The notes: a model not told the origin generated them from the letters alone. A DNA stretch of 64,000 nucleotides from an uncultured Candidatus Entotheonella sp. (GCA_965217185.1 OZ244252.1:2208001-2272000), one strand, 5' to 3'. Shown: positions 30,241-42,265, counted from the first letter of the stretch. Translations and numbers: made by a program.

Positions 30241-30488
30241 ACGAAGCCCGTAGGCTCGGCCGATCCTCAAGCGTGATGACCGGAAAGGAGGGCATCATAA
30301 TATCGGTCATCTCATGAAGAGACCGACCCACATGGTACTGTGACCTTCCAGCTTCGGGATGCAAGCCATCCGGGTCCGAAAGTTATCTCTCGTGCCAACT
30401 GGCAGTTGCTGGCACCTGGTGTGGCAGAAATCCGGCTCAGACCTATCTCGGTGCCGGTCCAGGGCACAACCTCCCAACGTTTCCGCCC

Positions 30489-32123
30489 TCACCGCTTCAC
30501 CACGTAACCCGCGGCCTCGCGGTCCCAGGTTGCCGGGGTGACGCCCGCCTCTCGCAGGACGTGCTTGCGCAGTTTTTCCGTAGGTGTCTTGGGCATGTCG
30601 CTGATGAACTCTACGTACCGCGGCACCGCGAAGTAGGGCATGCGTTCCTGGCAGTAATCAAGCAATTCTTCCGGCTGGAGCTGCATGCCGGGGCGCAGAA
30701 GCACACAGGCTTTCACCTCGTCTTCGCCGCCGGCAACGCTGGACTTGACCGCCACGGCGGCAGACTCGGCGATGGCGGGGTGGTCGTTCAGAACCTGCTC
30801 AATTTCGTATGACGAGATATTCTCTCCCCGCCGACGAATACAATCCTTCATGCGATCCACAAAGTAGAAATAGCCCTCCGCGTCGCGCGTTCCGGCGTCA
30901 CCCGTGTGGAACCAGAAGTTACGCCAGGCCTCCACCGTTTTTTCCGGCATGGCGTGGTAGCCGGCCATGAACGCCCACGGTTCCTTGGGTCGCACGACCA
31001 TCTCGCCCACCGTATCGGGCGGCAACTCCTCATCCGTATCGGGGTCGACGATGGCCATCTCGAACCACTCGTCGAGCACCTTGCCGCACGAATTGTCCCG
31101 CAGCCCCTCGTCGTAGGGCATGTAGGTCGGGATGTTCACCTCGGTCATGCCGTAGACCTCCAACAATTTGGTGTTGAAGCGTTGTTGGAACGCCTCCCCC
31201 CATTCCGGGGCGATCGGCACAGCGACGACGACGCGCAGGCGGTGGTCGCGGTCCTCGGCACGAGCGGGCTGCCGGTAGATGAACTCGGTCATCACGCCGA
31301 GAGTGTTGGTGACAGTTGCCCCGCAGCGGCGCACGTCGTCGAGCCAGCGGCTGGCGCTGAACGAGCGCGCCAGAACGAGCCGGCAGCCGACGATCAGGGC
31401 GCTGTACACCTGCATGAGCAGGGCGTTGGCGTGAAACAGCGGCATGCAGCAGTAATACACGTCGTCCGGGGTGAGGTGGATGGCCTCGATCTTCGCGTGC
31501 CCGTAAAGGTAGAGGTGGGCGTGGGGCATCAGTACGCCTTTGGACGGGCCGGTCGTGCCGGAGGTATACATGATGGCGCCGATGTCGTGGTAGGCAACGG
31601 AAACGTTCACGGGAGCGGCCGGGGCTTCGAGCAGTGTATCGAAGGACACCGCGCGAAGCCGCGAGAAGGTCGGCAGGTCGGTCTCCGAACCTTCGGCGTT
31701 CTTGACGACAACGGTTTCGAGATGCGGCAGGCGGTCCTCGCTGGCTTGCAGCGCGGGCACGAATTCGCGGCCGATGATCATCACGCGGGCTCTGCCGTTG
31801 ATGGCGGCGTTGTTGATCACGTGTTCGAGGAAGCCGCCCTTGTAGGCGGTGTTGATCGGCACCATGACGGCGCCCAAGCGATTGATGCCGAACCAGGCGT
31901 CGAGGAAGGCAATACCGTTGGGCATCATCAGCAAAACCCGCTCATCGCGCTGCACACCCATGGCAGCCAAGGCGTTGGCCACCCGGTTGGCCCGCGCGTC
32001 CATGTCACCAAAGGTATGAGGCGGGTTGTCCTGGAACTGCACAAACGGTCTGTCGCGCAAGGCCGCCCCTTGCTTGGCAAGAATCGCGCCCAGCACCCAG
32101 CCGGTTTTGTCAACCGCCCCCAT
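30489..32123 (-). CDS. ATP-dependent acyl-CoA ligase (CaiC-like)
   Basis: YTSGTTGPSKG, YGMTE, WFHTGD, DRMKDCIRRRGENIS, PKTPTEK. Confidence 0.92.
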   Translation of the reverse strand: MGAVDKTGWVLGAILAKQGAALRDRPFVQFQDNPPHTFGDMDARANRVANALAAMGVQRDERVLLMMPNGIAFLDAWFGINRLGAVMVPINTAYKGGFLEHVINNAAINGRARVMIIGREFVPALQASEDRLPHLETVVVKNAEGSETDLPTFSRLRAVSFDTLLEAPAAPVNVSVAYHDIGAIMYTSGTTGPSKGVLMPHAHLYLYGHAKIEAIHLTPDDVYYCCMPLFHANALLMQVYSALIVGCRLVLARSFSASRWLDDVRRCGATVTNTLGVMTEFIYRQPARAEDRDHRLRVVVAVPIAPEWGEAFQQRFNTKLLEVYGMTEVNIPTYMPYDEGLRDNSCGKVLDEWFEMAIVDPDTDEELPPDTVGEMVVRPKEPWAFMAGYHAMPEKTVEAWRNFWFHTGDAGTRDAEGYFYFVDRMKDCIRRRGENISSYEIEQVLNDHPAIAESAAVAVKSSVAGGEDEVKACVLLRPGMQLQPEELLDYCQERMPYFAVPRYVEFISDMPKTPTEKLRKHVLREAGVTPATWDREAAGYVVKR

Positions 32124-32324
32124 TTCTTTTTCTCCTCCCCCGTTTGAGTTCTCATGCCCGCGGACGCCATCGTGTAATGGAAAGCAAGCGATGGCGCCAC
32201 GCGACGGGCATACCGATCCAGTACGTCTGCTATAATACCGTGCCCTTAACAGCAAGAAAAATCACGCTGCCAGCGCAGGCGGCTTGGTGCGGCTTGGGAC
32301 AGTTTCGCAAAAGAGGACAGACAG

Positions 32325-33383
32325 ATGTACATTGACTCGGTGCTTGGGCGGGTACGCGGCTGCATTCGGACGATGCACGGGTACGTTCCGGGCAAGCAGC
32401 CCACGGAAGGGCAATACGTCAAGCTGAACACCAACGAAAATCCGTATCCACCGTCACCCGCCGTGATCGAGGCACTGCGGCAGGCGGTCAACGGGGATCT
32501 GCGGTTTTACAGCGATCCGCTGGCCACGCCCTTGCGGGAGGAAGCCGCCCGACACTACGGCTGCGCGCCCGACGAGGTCATCGTCGGCAACGGCTCCGAC
32601 GACGTGCTGACGATGATTTTCCGCACCTTCCTGGATGTCGGGGACATCCTTGTCACGCCGGCACCGAGCTACTCGCTATACCAGGTGCTCAGCGCCTTGC
32701 AGGACGCGGATTACCGGGAAATCCCCATGGGCCCCGATTACACCCTGCCGGAGGGCCTCGACGCCTGCGGCGCCAAACTGATCTTCATCGTCAATCCCAA
32801 CGCCCCCACCGGCGCACTGCATCCGGCCGGCGCCCTGCGCGACTTCCTGGCCTGTAGCAACAGCATGGTCGTACTGGACGAAGCCTACGCCGATTTTGCC
32901 GGTGAGAGCGCCATCGACCTGTTGCCCGAGTTTCCCAATTTGATCGTGGTGCGAACGTTTTCGAAATCCTACGCGCTGGCGGGCATGCGCTTAGGGCTGG
33001 GTTTTGCGCGGCGGGAAGTCATTGCGCAGATGATGAAAGTGAAGGATTCGTACAACCTCGACCGGCTGGCGATTGTGGCCGGTTGCGCGGCGCTCCAGGA
33101 TCAGGCATGGCTGCGTGAGACGACGGAGCGCATCATCCGCACTCGCACAGACGTGTTGGAGGCGTTGACGGCCATGGGGCTACACGTGCCGCCTTCACGG
33201 AGCAACTTCGTGTTTCCGCGCATCCCGGATGGGCGCGCCGCCGAGGTCTATCAGGCCCTCGAAGCGCGCCGCATCCTGGTACGCTACTTCACCGCTCCGC
33301 TGGTCGCCGATTCCTTACGCGTGACGGTAGGAACCGACGACGACATGGCCACTTTCGTCGAGGCGCTGAGCGCCCTGCTGTAA
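32325..33383 (+). CDS. hisC: Histidinol-phosphate aminotransferase
   Basis: KLNTNENPY, GNGSD, NPNAPTG, DEAY, RTFSKSYALAGMRLG. Confidence 0.93.
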   Translation: MYIDSVLGRVRGCIRTMHGYVPGKQPTEGQYVKLNTNENPYPPSPAVIEALRQAVNGDLRFYSDPLATPLREEAARHYGCAPDEVIVGNGSDDVLTMIFRTFLDVGDILVTPAPSYSLYQVLSALQDADYREIPMGPDYTLPEGLDACGAKLIFIVNPNAPTGALHPAGALRDFLACSNSMVVLDEAYADFAGESAIDLLPEFPNLIVVRTFSKSYALAGMRLGLGFARREVIAQMMKVKDSYNLDRLAIVAGCAALQDQAWLRETTERIIRTRTDVLEALTAMGLHVPPSRSNFVFPRIPDGRAAEVYQALEARRILVRYFTAPLVADSLRVTVGTDDDMATFVEALSALL

Positions 33384-33446
33384 ACCGGAAGGTGCTCGGT
33401 GGCGAGTGAACGATGCCGGCCACTCGCCACGAAACCAACCACCCCT

Positions 33447-34847
33447 CTAGCGGGAACTGGTGGCGGAAACGAAATCGCTGTATGCCGGCATACCATGCTC
33501 GCCTTGATCCAGCCCTTCCACTTCCTCTTCCTCCGACACCCGCAGACCCATCACCGATTTGATAATGCCGAAGAAGATCAGGGAGGCGACGACGCAGACG
33601 ACGCCATAGGAAACGACGCCAATGATCTGCGTGACCAGTTGTCCGGCTCCGGCCTTGGCGCCGAAAATGCCCACGGCCAAAGTGCCCCAGATGCCGCAAA
33701 CGAGGTGGACGGACACGGCGCCCACCGGGTCATCTACCCGCACTCGGTCGAAGAAGACAACCGAGAAATACACGATCACGCCGGCGATCAAGCCAATCAA
33801 GAGCGCCGAGTGCAGGCCCATGAGATCGGCGCCGGCGGTGATACCCACCAGTCCGGCCAGAATGCCGTTCAGGCCCATGGACAGGTCCGGCTTCTTGGAG
33901 AAAATCCAGGAGGTGTACATGGCTGCCAGGCCACCGGCAGCGGCAGCGATGCACGTGGTCATCAGGGTCAGCGAGGTAGCTGCCGGGTCGGCGCTCAGAA
34001 CAGAGCCGCCGTTGAACCCGAACCAACCGAGCCACAGCAGAAAGACACCGATGGTAGCCAGCGGCATGTTGTGGCCGGGCAGCGCGCGAATTCTGTCGCC
34101 CACGTATTTGCCACGCCGGGCGCCCAGCATGATGGTGCCGATGAGGGCCGCCCAACCGCCAACGCTGTGTACGAGCGTGGAACCGGCGAAGTCGTAGAAG
34201 CCCATCGCGTCCAGCCAGCCGCCGCCCCATTTCCAGGAGCCGACCCAGGGGTAGATCAAGCTCACGTACAACACCGTGAAGATCATGAACGAGCTCAGCT
34301 TGATGCGTTCGGCCACGGCGCCGGAAACGATAGTGGCCGCAGTTGCCGCGAACATGGCCTGAAACAGAAAGTCCGTCCAATACGTGTAGCCTACGTTGTA
34401 AGCCTGCGTGACGCCCGTGTCGTCGGTGCCCAGCCCGAAGCCCGCGAAGCCCAGAAAGCCGTTGAAGTCGCCCGGGTACATCAAGTTAAAGCCGATGTAG
34501 GCGTAGCTGATAATCCCGAAGCAGACGATGAAGGTATTCTTGAACAGGATGTTGACGGTGTTTTTCTGCTGCGTCAGCCCGCTTTCCAGCGTGGCGAAAC
34601 CCAGGTGCATGATGAAGACCAAGCCGGTGCAGAGCATCATCCACAGATTGTTGGCGGTGAAAACGCCCATGGACACGCCTTCATCGGCGGGCGCCGCTGC
34701 TGGCGCTGCTTCGGCGGCCACAGCTTCAGTGGCCGCCGGTGCGGGTACGGTGTCTTGGGCCAGGGCCGCTGCCGTCGTGAAGGCGACCGCGAACGCGATG
34801 AGGAGCAGCAGGGTTGGAAGCCATTTCGGAGCGCGTAGGGTGTACAT
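33447..34847 (-). CDS. amt: Ammonium transporter
   Basis: FQAMFAATAATIVSGAVAER, DFAGSTLVHSVGG, GWFGFNGGS, DDPVGAVSVH. GGAGG RBS. Confidence 0.97.
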   Translation of the reverse strand: MYTLRAPKWLPTLLLLIAFAVAFTTAAALAQDTVPAPAATEAVAAEAAPAAAPADEGVSMGVFTANNLWMMLCTGLVFIMHLGFATLESGLTQQKNTVNILFKNTFIVCFGIISYAYIGFNLMYPGDFNGFLGFAGFGLGTDDTGVTQAYNVGYTYWTDFLFQAMFAATAATIVSGAVAERIKLSSFMIFTVLYVSLIYPWVGSWKWGGGWLDAMGFYDFAGSTLVHSVGGWAALIGTIMLGARRGKYVGDRIRALPGHNMPLATIGVFLLWLGWFGFNGGSVLSADPAATSLTLMTTCIAAAAGGLAAMYTSWIFSKKPDLSMGLNGILAGLVGITAGADLMGLHSALLIGLIAGVIVYFSVVFFDRVRVDDPVGAVSVHLVCGIWGTLAVGIFGAKAGAGQLVTQIIGVVSYGVVCVVASLIFFGIIKSVMGLRVSEEEEVEGLDQGEHGMPAYSDFVSATSSR

Positions 34848-34918
34848 GCTTACCTCCTGTACAGGTGGATCGTGTCAGGTTGAGATTCCGTCCTTGGTGT
34901 TGGCTCCCTCGTGAGTAG

Positions 34919-34935
34919 AGCAAATCTTATGCCAG
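34919..34935 (-). promoter_or_regulatory. Sigma-54 promoter of amt
   Basis: Minus strand CTGGCATAAGATTTGCT, matching the -24 GG / -12 GC consensus. Confidence 0.88.
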
Positions 34936-34975
34936 CTAGGAAGTGGCTTGTCGAAAAGTCGCTCAAGCGGTACGG

Positions 34976-34988
34976 AATCAATGGCTTA
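34976..34988 (+). promoter_or_regulatory. IHF-binding site
   Basis: AATCAATGGCTTA matches WATCAANNNNTTR and lies between the sigma-54 promoter and the palindrome cluster. Confidence 0.65.
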
Positions 34989-35042
34989 GACGTTTAGGGA
35001 CGGGGGGTCGGAAGGACGGAGGGTTGTCCCAACTGCTCACAG

Positions 35043-35106
35043 CCGACGACTTTGTCGGAAAGACAACATTGTTGTGTTCAAGTACGACAATGTCGGGATT
35101 CTGTCG
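35043..35106. promoter_or_regulatory. Candidate enhancer (UAS) cluster
   Basis: Palindromes CCGAC-N6-GTCGG (35043-58), ACAACA-T-TGTTGT (35063-75), CGACA-A-TGTCG (35085-95). Confidence 0.6.
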
Positions 35107-35195
35107 CCGGCGATGAACGGGCCGCTGGGTATTCTGATTTTCAAGGATGCGGGTTTACGGCGGTTACAGCGCATGGTGTCTGTAGGTTTCGGGTT

Positions 35196-35212
35196 TTGGC
35201 ACATAACTTGCT
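35196..35212 (+). promoter_or_regulatory. Sigma-54 promoter of the NifA-like regulator
   Basis: TTGGCACATAACTTGCT, consensus -24/-12. Confidence 0.9.
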
Positions 35213-35307
35213 CTGTATAGGTTATCAAAAAACCCTCTCTATTGCCCGGCACCGGCTGCCCTCTCCCGGTCGGTGCCGGGCGAAGCCGGACCGAGGAACC
35301 CGTCAAC

Positions 35308-36843
<1,536 letters not shown>

Positions 36844-36959
36844 GCCTTCTCGGATGCACGCCTGGAGACGGATGCCTTAGAATGCGATGCCACTTTAACG
36901 GTACCAGCGCACGCCGGGAGGTGGTGTCCTGGCGAGTAACGCATTCGGAAGAGGGAAAT

Positions 36960-37244
36960 ATGTTGACCTACAAAGCGATGTATAAGTTCCTCGATCATGG
37001 GGTGCATGCCGAAGTGCTGGATTTTCCGGGTACGATCACCCACGGCGAAAATCTGCGCGAAGCCCGTCGGCTACTGGCAAGCGCCTTAGTGGACATGGCC
37101 GAAACCGCCTTGCTCCAGGGTGAACCGCTCCCGCAGCCTGATCCGTCTTGCACCGATTCAGAGGCCGATTTGGAGGAGCCTATTCACTTGCTGCTGACCG
37201 CAGCGTCCCAAGTCAGCGTTGTGCCCCAGACGGCCTTGTCATGA
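36960..37244 (+). CDS. hicB: HicB-family antitoxin
   Basis: AEVLDFPGTITHGENLREAR..L..AL......GEPLPQP. GAGGG RBS. Confidence 0.85.
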   Translation: MLTYKAMYKFLDHGVHAEVLDFPGTITHGENLREARRLLASALVDMAETALLQGEPLPQPDPSCTDSEADLEEPIHLLLTAASQVSVVPQTALS

Positions 37245-37429
37245 AACGGCGAGACCTCCTACGTGACTTACATCAGCACGGCTGTCGGCTGGTGAGAGAA
37301 GGGGGAGAACACTCGATCTGGGGGAATCCTACAACGCATCGGCGCGCGTCCATTCCACGCCACGGCGAGATCCCCAGGTTCACTGTCTTACGTATCTGCA
37401 AACAATTGGAAGTGCCCACGCCCGCTTGA
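37241..37429 (+). CDS. hicA: HicA-family toxin
   Basis: MKRRDLLR.L..HGC.LVREGGEHSIW.NP....SIPRH.EI......ICKQL; ATGA overlap with hicB. Confidence 0.9.
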   Translation: MKRRDLLRDLHQHGCRLVREGGEHSIWGNPTTHRRASIPRHGEIPRFTVLRICKQLEVPTPA

Positions 37430-37458
37430 GGACCGGGGCCGGATCGTCTGCCTCGCAG

Positions 37459-38094
37459 CTAGAGCAGCGGGCCTACGGCCTTGGCCATGGCCTCGCCGAG
37501 CGTGGCGTGCTGGTCGGCGTCGAGATGGACGCCATCAACATTGCTGGAAGTCGTCACGGTAGCCGCGTCGCAGAAAGCACAGTCAAGGCTGTCGGCGACC
37601 TCACGGTACACCTCGGCCAAACCCGCACATTTCTCCTCACCCCCCACGAATTTGCTGGCGATAGGCCCCTTGGGCGTGCGAATGGGCGGCGGTGTCGCCA
37701 CCAACACCGGCGGAACCGGCATGCCCGGCTCGATGGGCGCCTGGCGGATGGCGTCAACCAAGGCGGCAATCCCCTGGGCTGCGTGCCAGGCGTTGTGTGG
37801 GTGCATGGACTGAAAATCGTTGGTGCCCAGCATCAGGATCACCAAGGCCAGGGGCGAGTGGATTTCGATCCGCTGCGCCAGCCCCTCTAAGCCGTTGCGC
37901 CCCGGTTTGTACGGATCCTCCCACACCGTGCGCCGCCCGTTGAGACAGTCCTCGTGCACCCGCACGTTCCGGCCCTCAGCGTTCAAAATAGTCTCCATCA
38001 CCCCCGGCCAGCGCGCTTCAAACGCCAGCCGTTTGCGCGTCAGCGGAATGATGCCCCACGAGAGCGAATCGGCGTAAACCAAGATGTCCTGCAC
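37459..38094 (-). CDS. SGNH/GDSL hydrolase
   Basis: ADSLSWG, LNGRRT, MLGTND, DGVH. Confidence 0.92.
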   Translation of the reverse strand: MQDILVYADSLSWGIIPLTRKRLAFEARWPGVMETILNAEGRNVRVHEDCLNGRRTVWEDPYKPGRNGLEGLAQRIEIHSPLALVILMLGTNDFQSMHPHNAWHAAQGIAALVDAIRQAPIEPGMPVPPVLVATPPPIRTPKGPIASKFVGGEEKCAGLAEVYREVADSLDCAFCDAATVTTSSNVDGVHLDADQHATLGEAMAKAVGPLL

Positions 38095-38108
38095 CCGGTT
38101 CTCCTTTT

Positions 38109-38822
38109 TTAGAATCCGAACCACCCGTCTTGCGGCAGCAGGTTGTGCCGGATGGCGTCGTACAGCTTGACATCGCCTACCTCCTGGATAAAACTCGCCA
38201 ATTCCGGCACGAAGAAATACAGGGCAAGGGTGGCGATGATGAGCGCGATGGACGCCTTCAGATACGTGAAACTGATCGGTTTCAGCGCTGTGCCGAACGA
38301 CTTCTTCAAACGGACTCCTAGCATGTCCACGCTGTACAGTTCATCGAGAAGCAAGTGAACCAAATAGCCAAACACGATGAAACAGCCTGAGAGCCACGCC
38401 AGAACGCTGGGCAGTGCGAAGACATCGTGCAGCAGTGTGGCGCTCAGAAAGCAGAAGAACACCGCCGCGAGCAGGGAGTGAAAGACGCCGCGATGCACCG
38501 TGAATCGTTTGAACAATTCGAAGACGAGATAGCGCACGATCACGAACACGGCAACCCACAGAATAATTGATTCGACTATCGAGTAGGTACCGATTTTGCT
38601 GAAGACACTGAAGAAGGCCGCCAGGGTGGCCAGACAACTGAACAGGATGTTGACGGGAATGGAGTGGTCGGAATCGATGTCGGGCAGGATGCCGCCCACC
38701 GTTCCCATGGTGAAGAACAGCAGCGCGTCTTTCGGCTCGGCGAGGCCCGTCTGCAAACACCCCACCGCCAGGGCGCCACTGAGGGTGCCGGCCACCGACA
38801 GATGGGTTTTGAAGTTTGCCAT
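38109..38822 (-). CDS. Membrane-bound metal-dependent hydrolase (YdjM-like)
   Basis: MANFKTH, LPDIDS, HRGVFHS, GYLVHLLLDE. Confidence 0.88.
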   Translation of the reverse strand: MANFKTHLSVAGTLSGALAVGCLQTGLAEPKDALLFFTMGTVGGILPDIDSDHSIPVNILFSCLATLAAFFSVFSKIGTYSIVESIILWVAVFVIVRYLVFELFKRFTVHRGVFHSLLAAVFFCFLSATLLHDVFALPSVLAWLSGCFIVFGYLVHLLLDELYSVDMLGVRLKKSFGTALKPISFTYLKASIALIIATLALYFFVPELASFIQEVGDVKLYDAIRHNLLPQDGWFGF

Positions 38823-38954
38823 TTCGGGAAGGTCCTTGAGTGTGGGCCGAAGCCGTGCTGAGGGCGATGTCCGCGACGCGCGGCCCCCGTGTGGCGGCAT
38901 TGTATACCGCCCGGTTTCAGGCGTGCAAACCACGCCGCACCTTGGAGAAAACAG

Positions 38955-39920
38955 ATGACAGGCGTTCCGACATTTGACGACGTTCAAGAAGCGGCGACTC
39001 GTCTTCAGGGGCTCGTGCATCGCACCCCGGTGCTGACCTGTTCCAGCCTGGACGACCGGGTCGGCGCGCAGGTTTTCTGTAAGTGCGAGAATTTCCAGAG
39101 GGTGGGTGCTTTCAAGTTTCGCGGCGCGTGCAATGCCGTCATGTTGCTGTCGGACGCCGAAGCACAGCGTGGCGTCGCCACGCATTCGTCGGGCAACCAC
39201 GGCGCCGCCCTGGCTCTCGCTGCCCGCTTGCGCGGCGTGCCGGCCCGCATCGTCATGCCCACCAATGCGCCGGAGAGCAAGAAGGCCGCGGTGGCTGGTT
39301 ACGGCGCCACGATTGTGTATTGCGAACCGACCCAAGAGGCGAGGGAGGCCACCCTGGAAGCCGTTGTGCGTGAAACCGGTGCCGCATTCGTACATCCCTA
39401 CGACAACGCCAAGGTCATCGCCGGCCAGGGTACCGCGGCCCTGGAACTTTGTGCCGAGGTTCCGGAACTTGACGTGATTCTGGCGCCCGTAGGCGGCGGC
39501 GGCTTGATCAGCGGCACGGCACTGACCGCGGCGGCGTGCAGCCCCGGTACCCAAGTCGTGGCGGCGGAGCCCGAGGCGGCGGACGATGCCTACCGTTCGC
39601 TGGCGGCCGGCAGAATTTTGCCGGCCAATTATCCGAACACGGTCGCCGACGGTTTGCGCACGTCGCTCGGTGACCTCACCTTTGCGGTTATCCAGCGCCA
39701 CGTGGCGCAGATCGTCACCGTGAGCGAAGAAGCCATCATCGCGGCAATGCGTTACGTGTGGGAGCGCATGAAGATCATCATCGAACCATCGTCCGCCGTG
39801 CCTATCGCTGCCCTGCTGGACAACCGTCTGGACGTGTCCGGCAAGCGTGTTGGCGTGATGCTGACCGGCGGCAACGTCGATCTGGGCCGGTTGCCTTGGG
39901 CGGCGGCGCCATCCCCATAA
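38955..39920 (+). CDS. PLP-dependent serine racemase / threonine-serine dehydratase family protein
   Basis: KCENFQRVGAFKFRGA, HSSGNHG, PVGGGGL, GGNVD. Confidence 0.92.
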   Translation: MTGVPTFDDVQEAATRLQGLVHRTPVLTCSSLDDRVGAQVFCKCENFQRVGAFKFRGACNAVMLLSDAEAQRGVATHSSGNHGAALALAARLRGVPARIVMPTNAPESKKAAVAGYGATIVYCEPTQEAREATLEAVVRETGAAFVHPYDNAKVIAGQGTAALELCAEVPELDVILAPVGGGGLISGTALTAAACSPGTQVVAAEPEAADDAYRSLAAGRILPANYPNTVADGLRTSLGDLTFAVIQRHVAQIVTVSEEAIIAAMRYVWERMKIIIEPSSAVPIAALLDNRLDVSGKRVGVMLTGGNVDLGRLPWAAAPSP

Positions 39921-39952
39921 TCCCAGAACCAGCGTTTACGACGAGGAGTGCC

Positions 39953-41440
39953 GTGAGCAAGCAGCATGACATCATCATCATTGGCGCCGGCAACGCCGCC
40001 CTGTGCGCGGCCATTGCGGCTTGTGAGCAGGGTGCCAGCGTTCTGGCTCTGGAAAAGGCGCCCGAGTATTTTCGCGGCGGCAATACCTATTTCACCGGCG
40101 GCATCATTCGCTGCGCCTACAACGGCCTCGACGACCTCAAGCAGCTCATTCCCGACATGTCGCCGCAGGAGGAAGCATCGGTCGAAGTCGGTCAGTACAC
40201 CGAAGACGACTTTTACGACGACCTGATGCGGGTTTCCAACGGCCTCACCGATCCCGAGTTGGCTCAGATACTGGTGACCGAGTCGTTCCCGACGCTCAAG
40301 TGGCTGCAGGAGCGCGGCGTACGATTCGTGCTCGCCTTCGGGCGCCAGGCGTTCAAGCGCGGCGACAAATACCACTTCTGGGGCGGCCTGCTGGTGGAAG
40401 CGGTGGGCGCCGGCAAGGGCCTGTCGGACCAGCAATTCGAGGTGGCGGAGCGCATGGGCGTCGAAATCCGCTACGGCACCAAGGGCGTGCGGCTGTTGCA
40501 GGATCAGCAGGGCGGCGTGACCGGCGTGACGGTCCAGGGACCGCAGGGGTTTGAGGACCTGCACGGCAAGGCCGTCATTCTGGCCTGCGGCGGCTTTGAG
40601 TCCAACGCCGAGATGCGCACGCGCTACCTCGGACCCGGCTGGGAGTTGGCCAAGGTGCGGGGCATCCCCTACAACACCGGCGACGGCATTCGCATGGCGC
40701 TGGACATCAGCGCCCAGCCGTACGGTCACTGGAGCGGCTGTCACGCCGTGGCCTGGGACCTGAACGCGCCACCGACCGGTGATCGCACCATCACGGAGTT
40801 GTACCAAAAGCACTCCTACCCGTTCGGCATTATCGTCAACGCCGAGGGCCAGCGCTTCGTCGACGAGGGGGCGGATTTTCGCAACTACACCTATGCCAAG
40901 TACGGGCGCGAGATTCTGCACCAGCCGATGGGCATGGCGGTCCAGATTTTCGACGACAAAGTCAAACACCTGCTGCGCGACGAGTATCACATCCCCCAGG
41001 TGTCCAAGGCGGAAGCCGACACGATTGCGGACCTGGCGGATCAATTGGGCATCGACCGCGACGGGCTGGAGCGGACCGTCGCGGCGTTCAACGCCGCCGT
41101 GCAGCCGGGCGACTACAATCCCACCGAGCTCGACGGCAAGGCGACCCAGGGCATTTCGCCGCCCAAGTCCAACTGGGCCCTGCCCATCGACACGCCGCCG
41201 TTCGTCGGCTACGCGGTGACGTGCGGCATCACCTTTACGTTCGGCGGGCTGCGCATCGATACGCGCGGGCAGGTGCTCGACACCGAAGGCAATCCCATTG
41301 CCAACCTGTACGCCGCCGGGGAGCTAGTCGGTGGGGTGTTTTATCACAACTACCCCGGTGGCTCCGGGCTGACGTCTGGCGCCGTGTTCGGCCGCTTGGC
41401 GGGCGCCAGCGCCGCCGCGGACATCGCCGGTCGGGAGTAA
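39953..41440 (+). CDS. tcuA: FAD-dependent tricarballylate dehydrogenase TcuA-like
   Basis: IGAGNAALCAA, RGGNTYFT, RFVDEG.DF...TYAKYG, GITFTFGGL, NYPGGSGL..GAVFGR. Confidence 0.85.
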   Translation: MSKQHDIIIIGAGNAALCAAIAACEQGASVLALEKAPEYFRGGNTYFTGGIIRCAYNGLDDLKQLIPDMSPQEEASVEVGQYTEDDFYDDLMRVSNGLTDPELAQILVTESFPTLKWLQERGVRFVLAFGRQAFKRGDKYHFWGGLLVEAVGAGKGLSDQQFEVAERMGVEIRYGTKGVRLLQDQQGGVTGVTVQGPQGFEDLHGKAVILACGGFESNAEMRTRYLGPGWELAKVRGIPYNTGDGIRMALDISAQPYGHWSGCHAVAWDLNAPPTGDRTITELYQKHSYPFGIIVNAEGQRFVDEGADFRNYTYAKYGREILHQPMGMAVQIFDDKVKHLLRDEYHIPQVSKAEADTIADLADQLGIDRDGLERTVAAFNAAVQPGDYNPTELDGKATQGISPPKSNWALPIDTPPFVGYAVTCGITFTFGGLRIDTRGQVLDTEGNPIANLYAAGELVGGVFYHNYPGGSGLTSGAVFGRLAGASAAADIAGRE

Positions 41441-41445
41441 AGCGC

Positions 41446-42246
41446 ATGGCCTTGCACGTGATTGTGACCGCCAAACAGGTGATCGATCCCGACATGCCGT
41501 TGTCGGCCATGCGCATTGCCGACGATGCCCGGCAGGTGGTGACGCCCGCCACACTGCCCCCGGTGGTGAACGGCTTTGACGAGATCGCCGTGGAGGCAGC
41601 GCTGCGGCTCAAGGACAGTCACGGCGCCAAAGTCACCGTCCTCTCCGTGGGCGGTCAATTCAACCTGGACATCATCAAAAAGCCGCTGGCCATGGGCGCC
41701 GACGCCCTGGTTCTGTGCCAGGACGCGGCTTTCGATAATCTGTCGGACAGTTTTGTCACCGCACAGGTTCTGGCCGCGGCAGTCCGCAAAATTGACGCCT
41801 TTGACCTGCTGCTGTGCGGTCGCCAGGCCTCGGATTGGGACAACGCCCAGGTGCCCTTGCTGCTTGCCGAAATGCTCGACGTGCCTTGCGTCCCGTTGGC
41901 GCAGAAGGTGGATGTTGAACAGGACTGCGTGGTCGTCGAGCAGTTGGTACCCGGTGGTTACGACGTGGTGGAAGCCGCCCTGCCGGCCCTCGTGACCGTG
42001 AGCAACGAGCTCGGCGCGCCGCGCTACCCGAACATGCGGAACCTGATGGCCGCGAAACGAAAGCGCCCTGTGGTTTGGACGCATGCCGATTTGAACCTGG
42101 ATACCGCTACTTTGTCCGCCCGCGTGGAGATCCTCCAGTTGCTGTCGCCGCAACGCACCCGGGAATGCGAATTCATCGCCGCTGAAGATGGCGTCATAGC
42201 CGGGAAAAAGCTGGCCGCGACGCTCCACGAGGCCGGCCTCATCTGA
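41446..42246 (+). CDS. etfB: Electron transfer flavoprotein beta subunit
   Basis: KQVIDP, D..AVEAALRLK, LAMGAD, GRQASD, PRYP. Confidence 0.92.
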   Translation: MALHVIVTAKQVIDPDMPLSAMRIADDARQVVTPATLPPVVNGFDEIAVEAALRLKDSHGAKVTVLSVGGQFNLDIIKKPLAMGADALVLCQDAAFDNLSDSFVTAQVLAAAVRKIDAFDLLLCGRQASDWDNAQVPLLLAEMLDVPCVPLAQKVDVEQDCVVVEQLVPGGYDVVEAALPALVTVSNELGAPRYPNMRNLMAAKRKRPVVWTHADLNLDTATLSARVEILQLLSPQRTRECEFIAAEDGVIAGKKLAATLHEAGLI

Positions 42247-42265
42247 TTGCACGGGAGCAAGGCAC

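Noticed and set aside
30270..30420. Inverted repeats (GATGACCG/CGGTCATC; GTGCCA/TGGCAC) after the HNH gene as a possible retron msr-msd
   Set aside because: No reverse transcriptase in the window, wrong position relative to the effectors, and short stems are expected by chance at this GC content.
38823..39701. Long N-terminal extension of the 530-aa track ORF 38109-39701
   Set aside because: Overlaps the real PLP enzyme on the other strand; family similarity begins at MANFKTH (38822).
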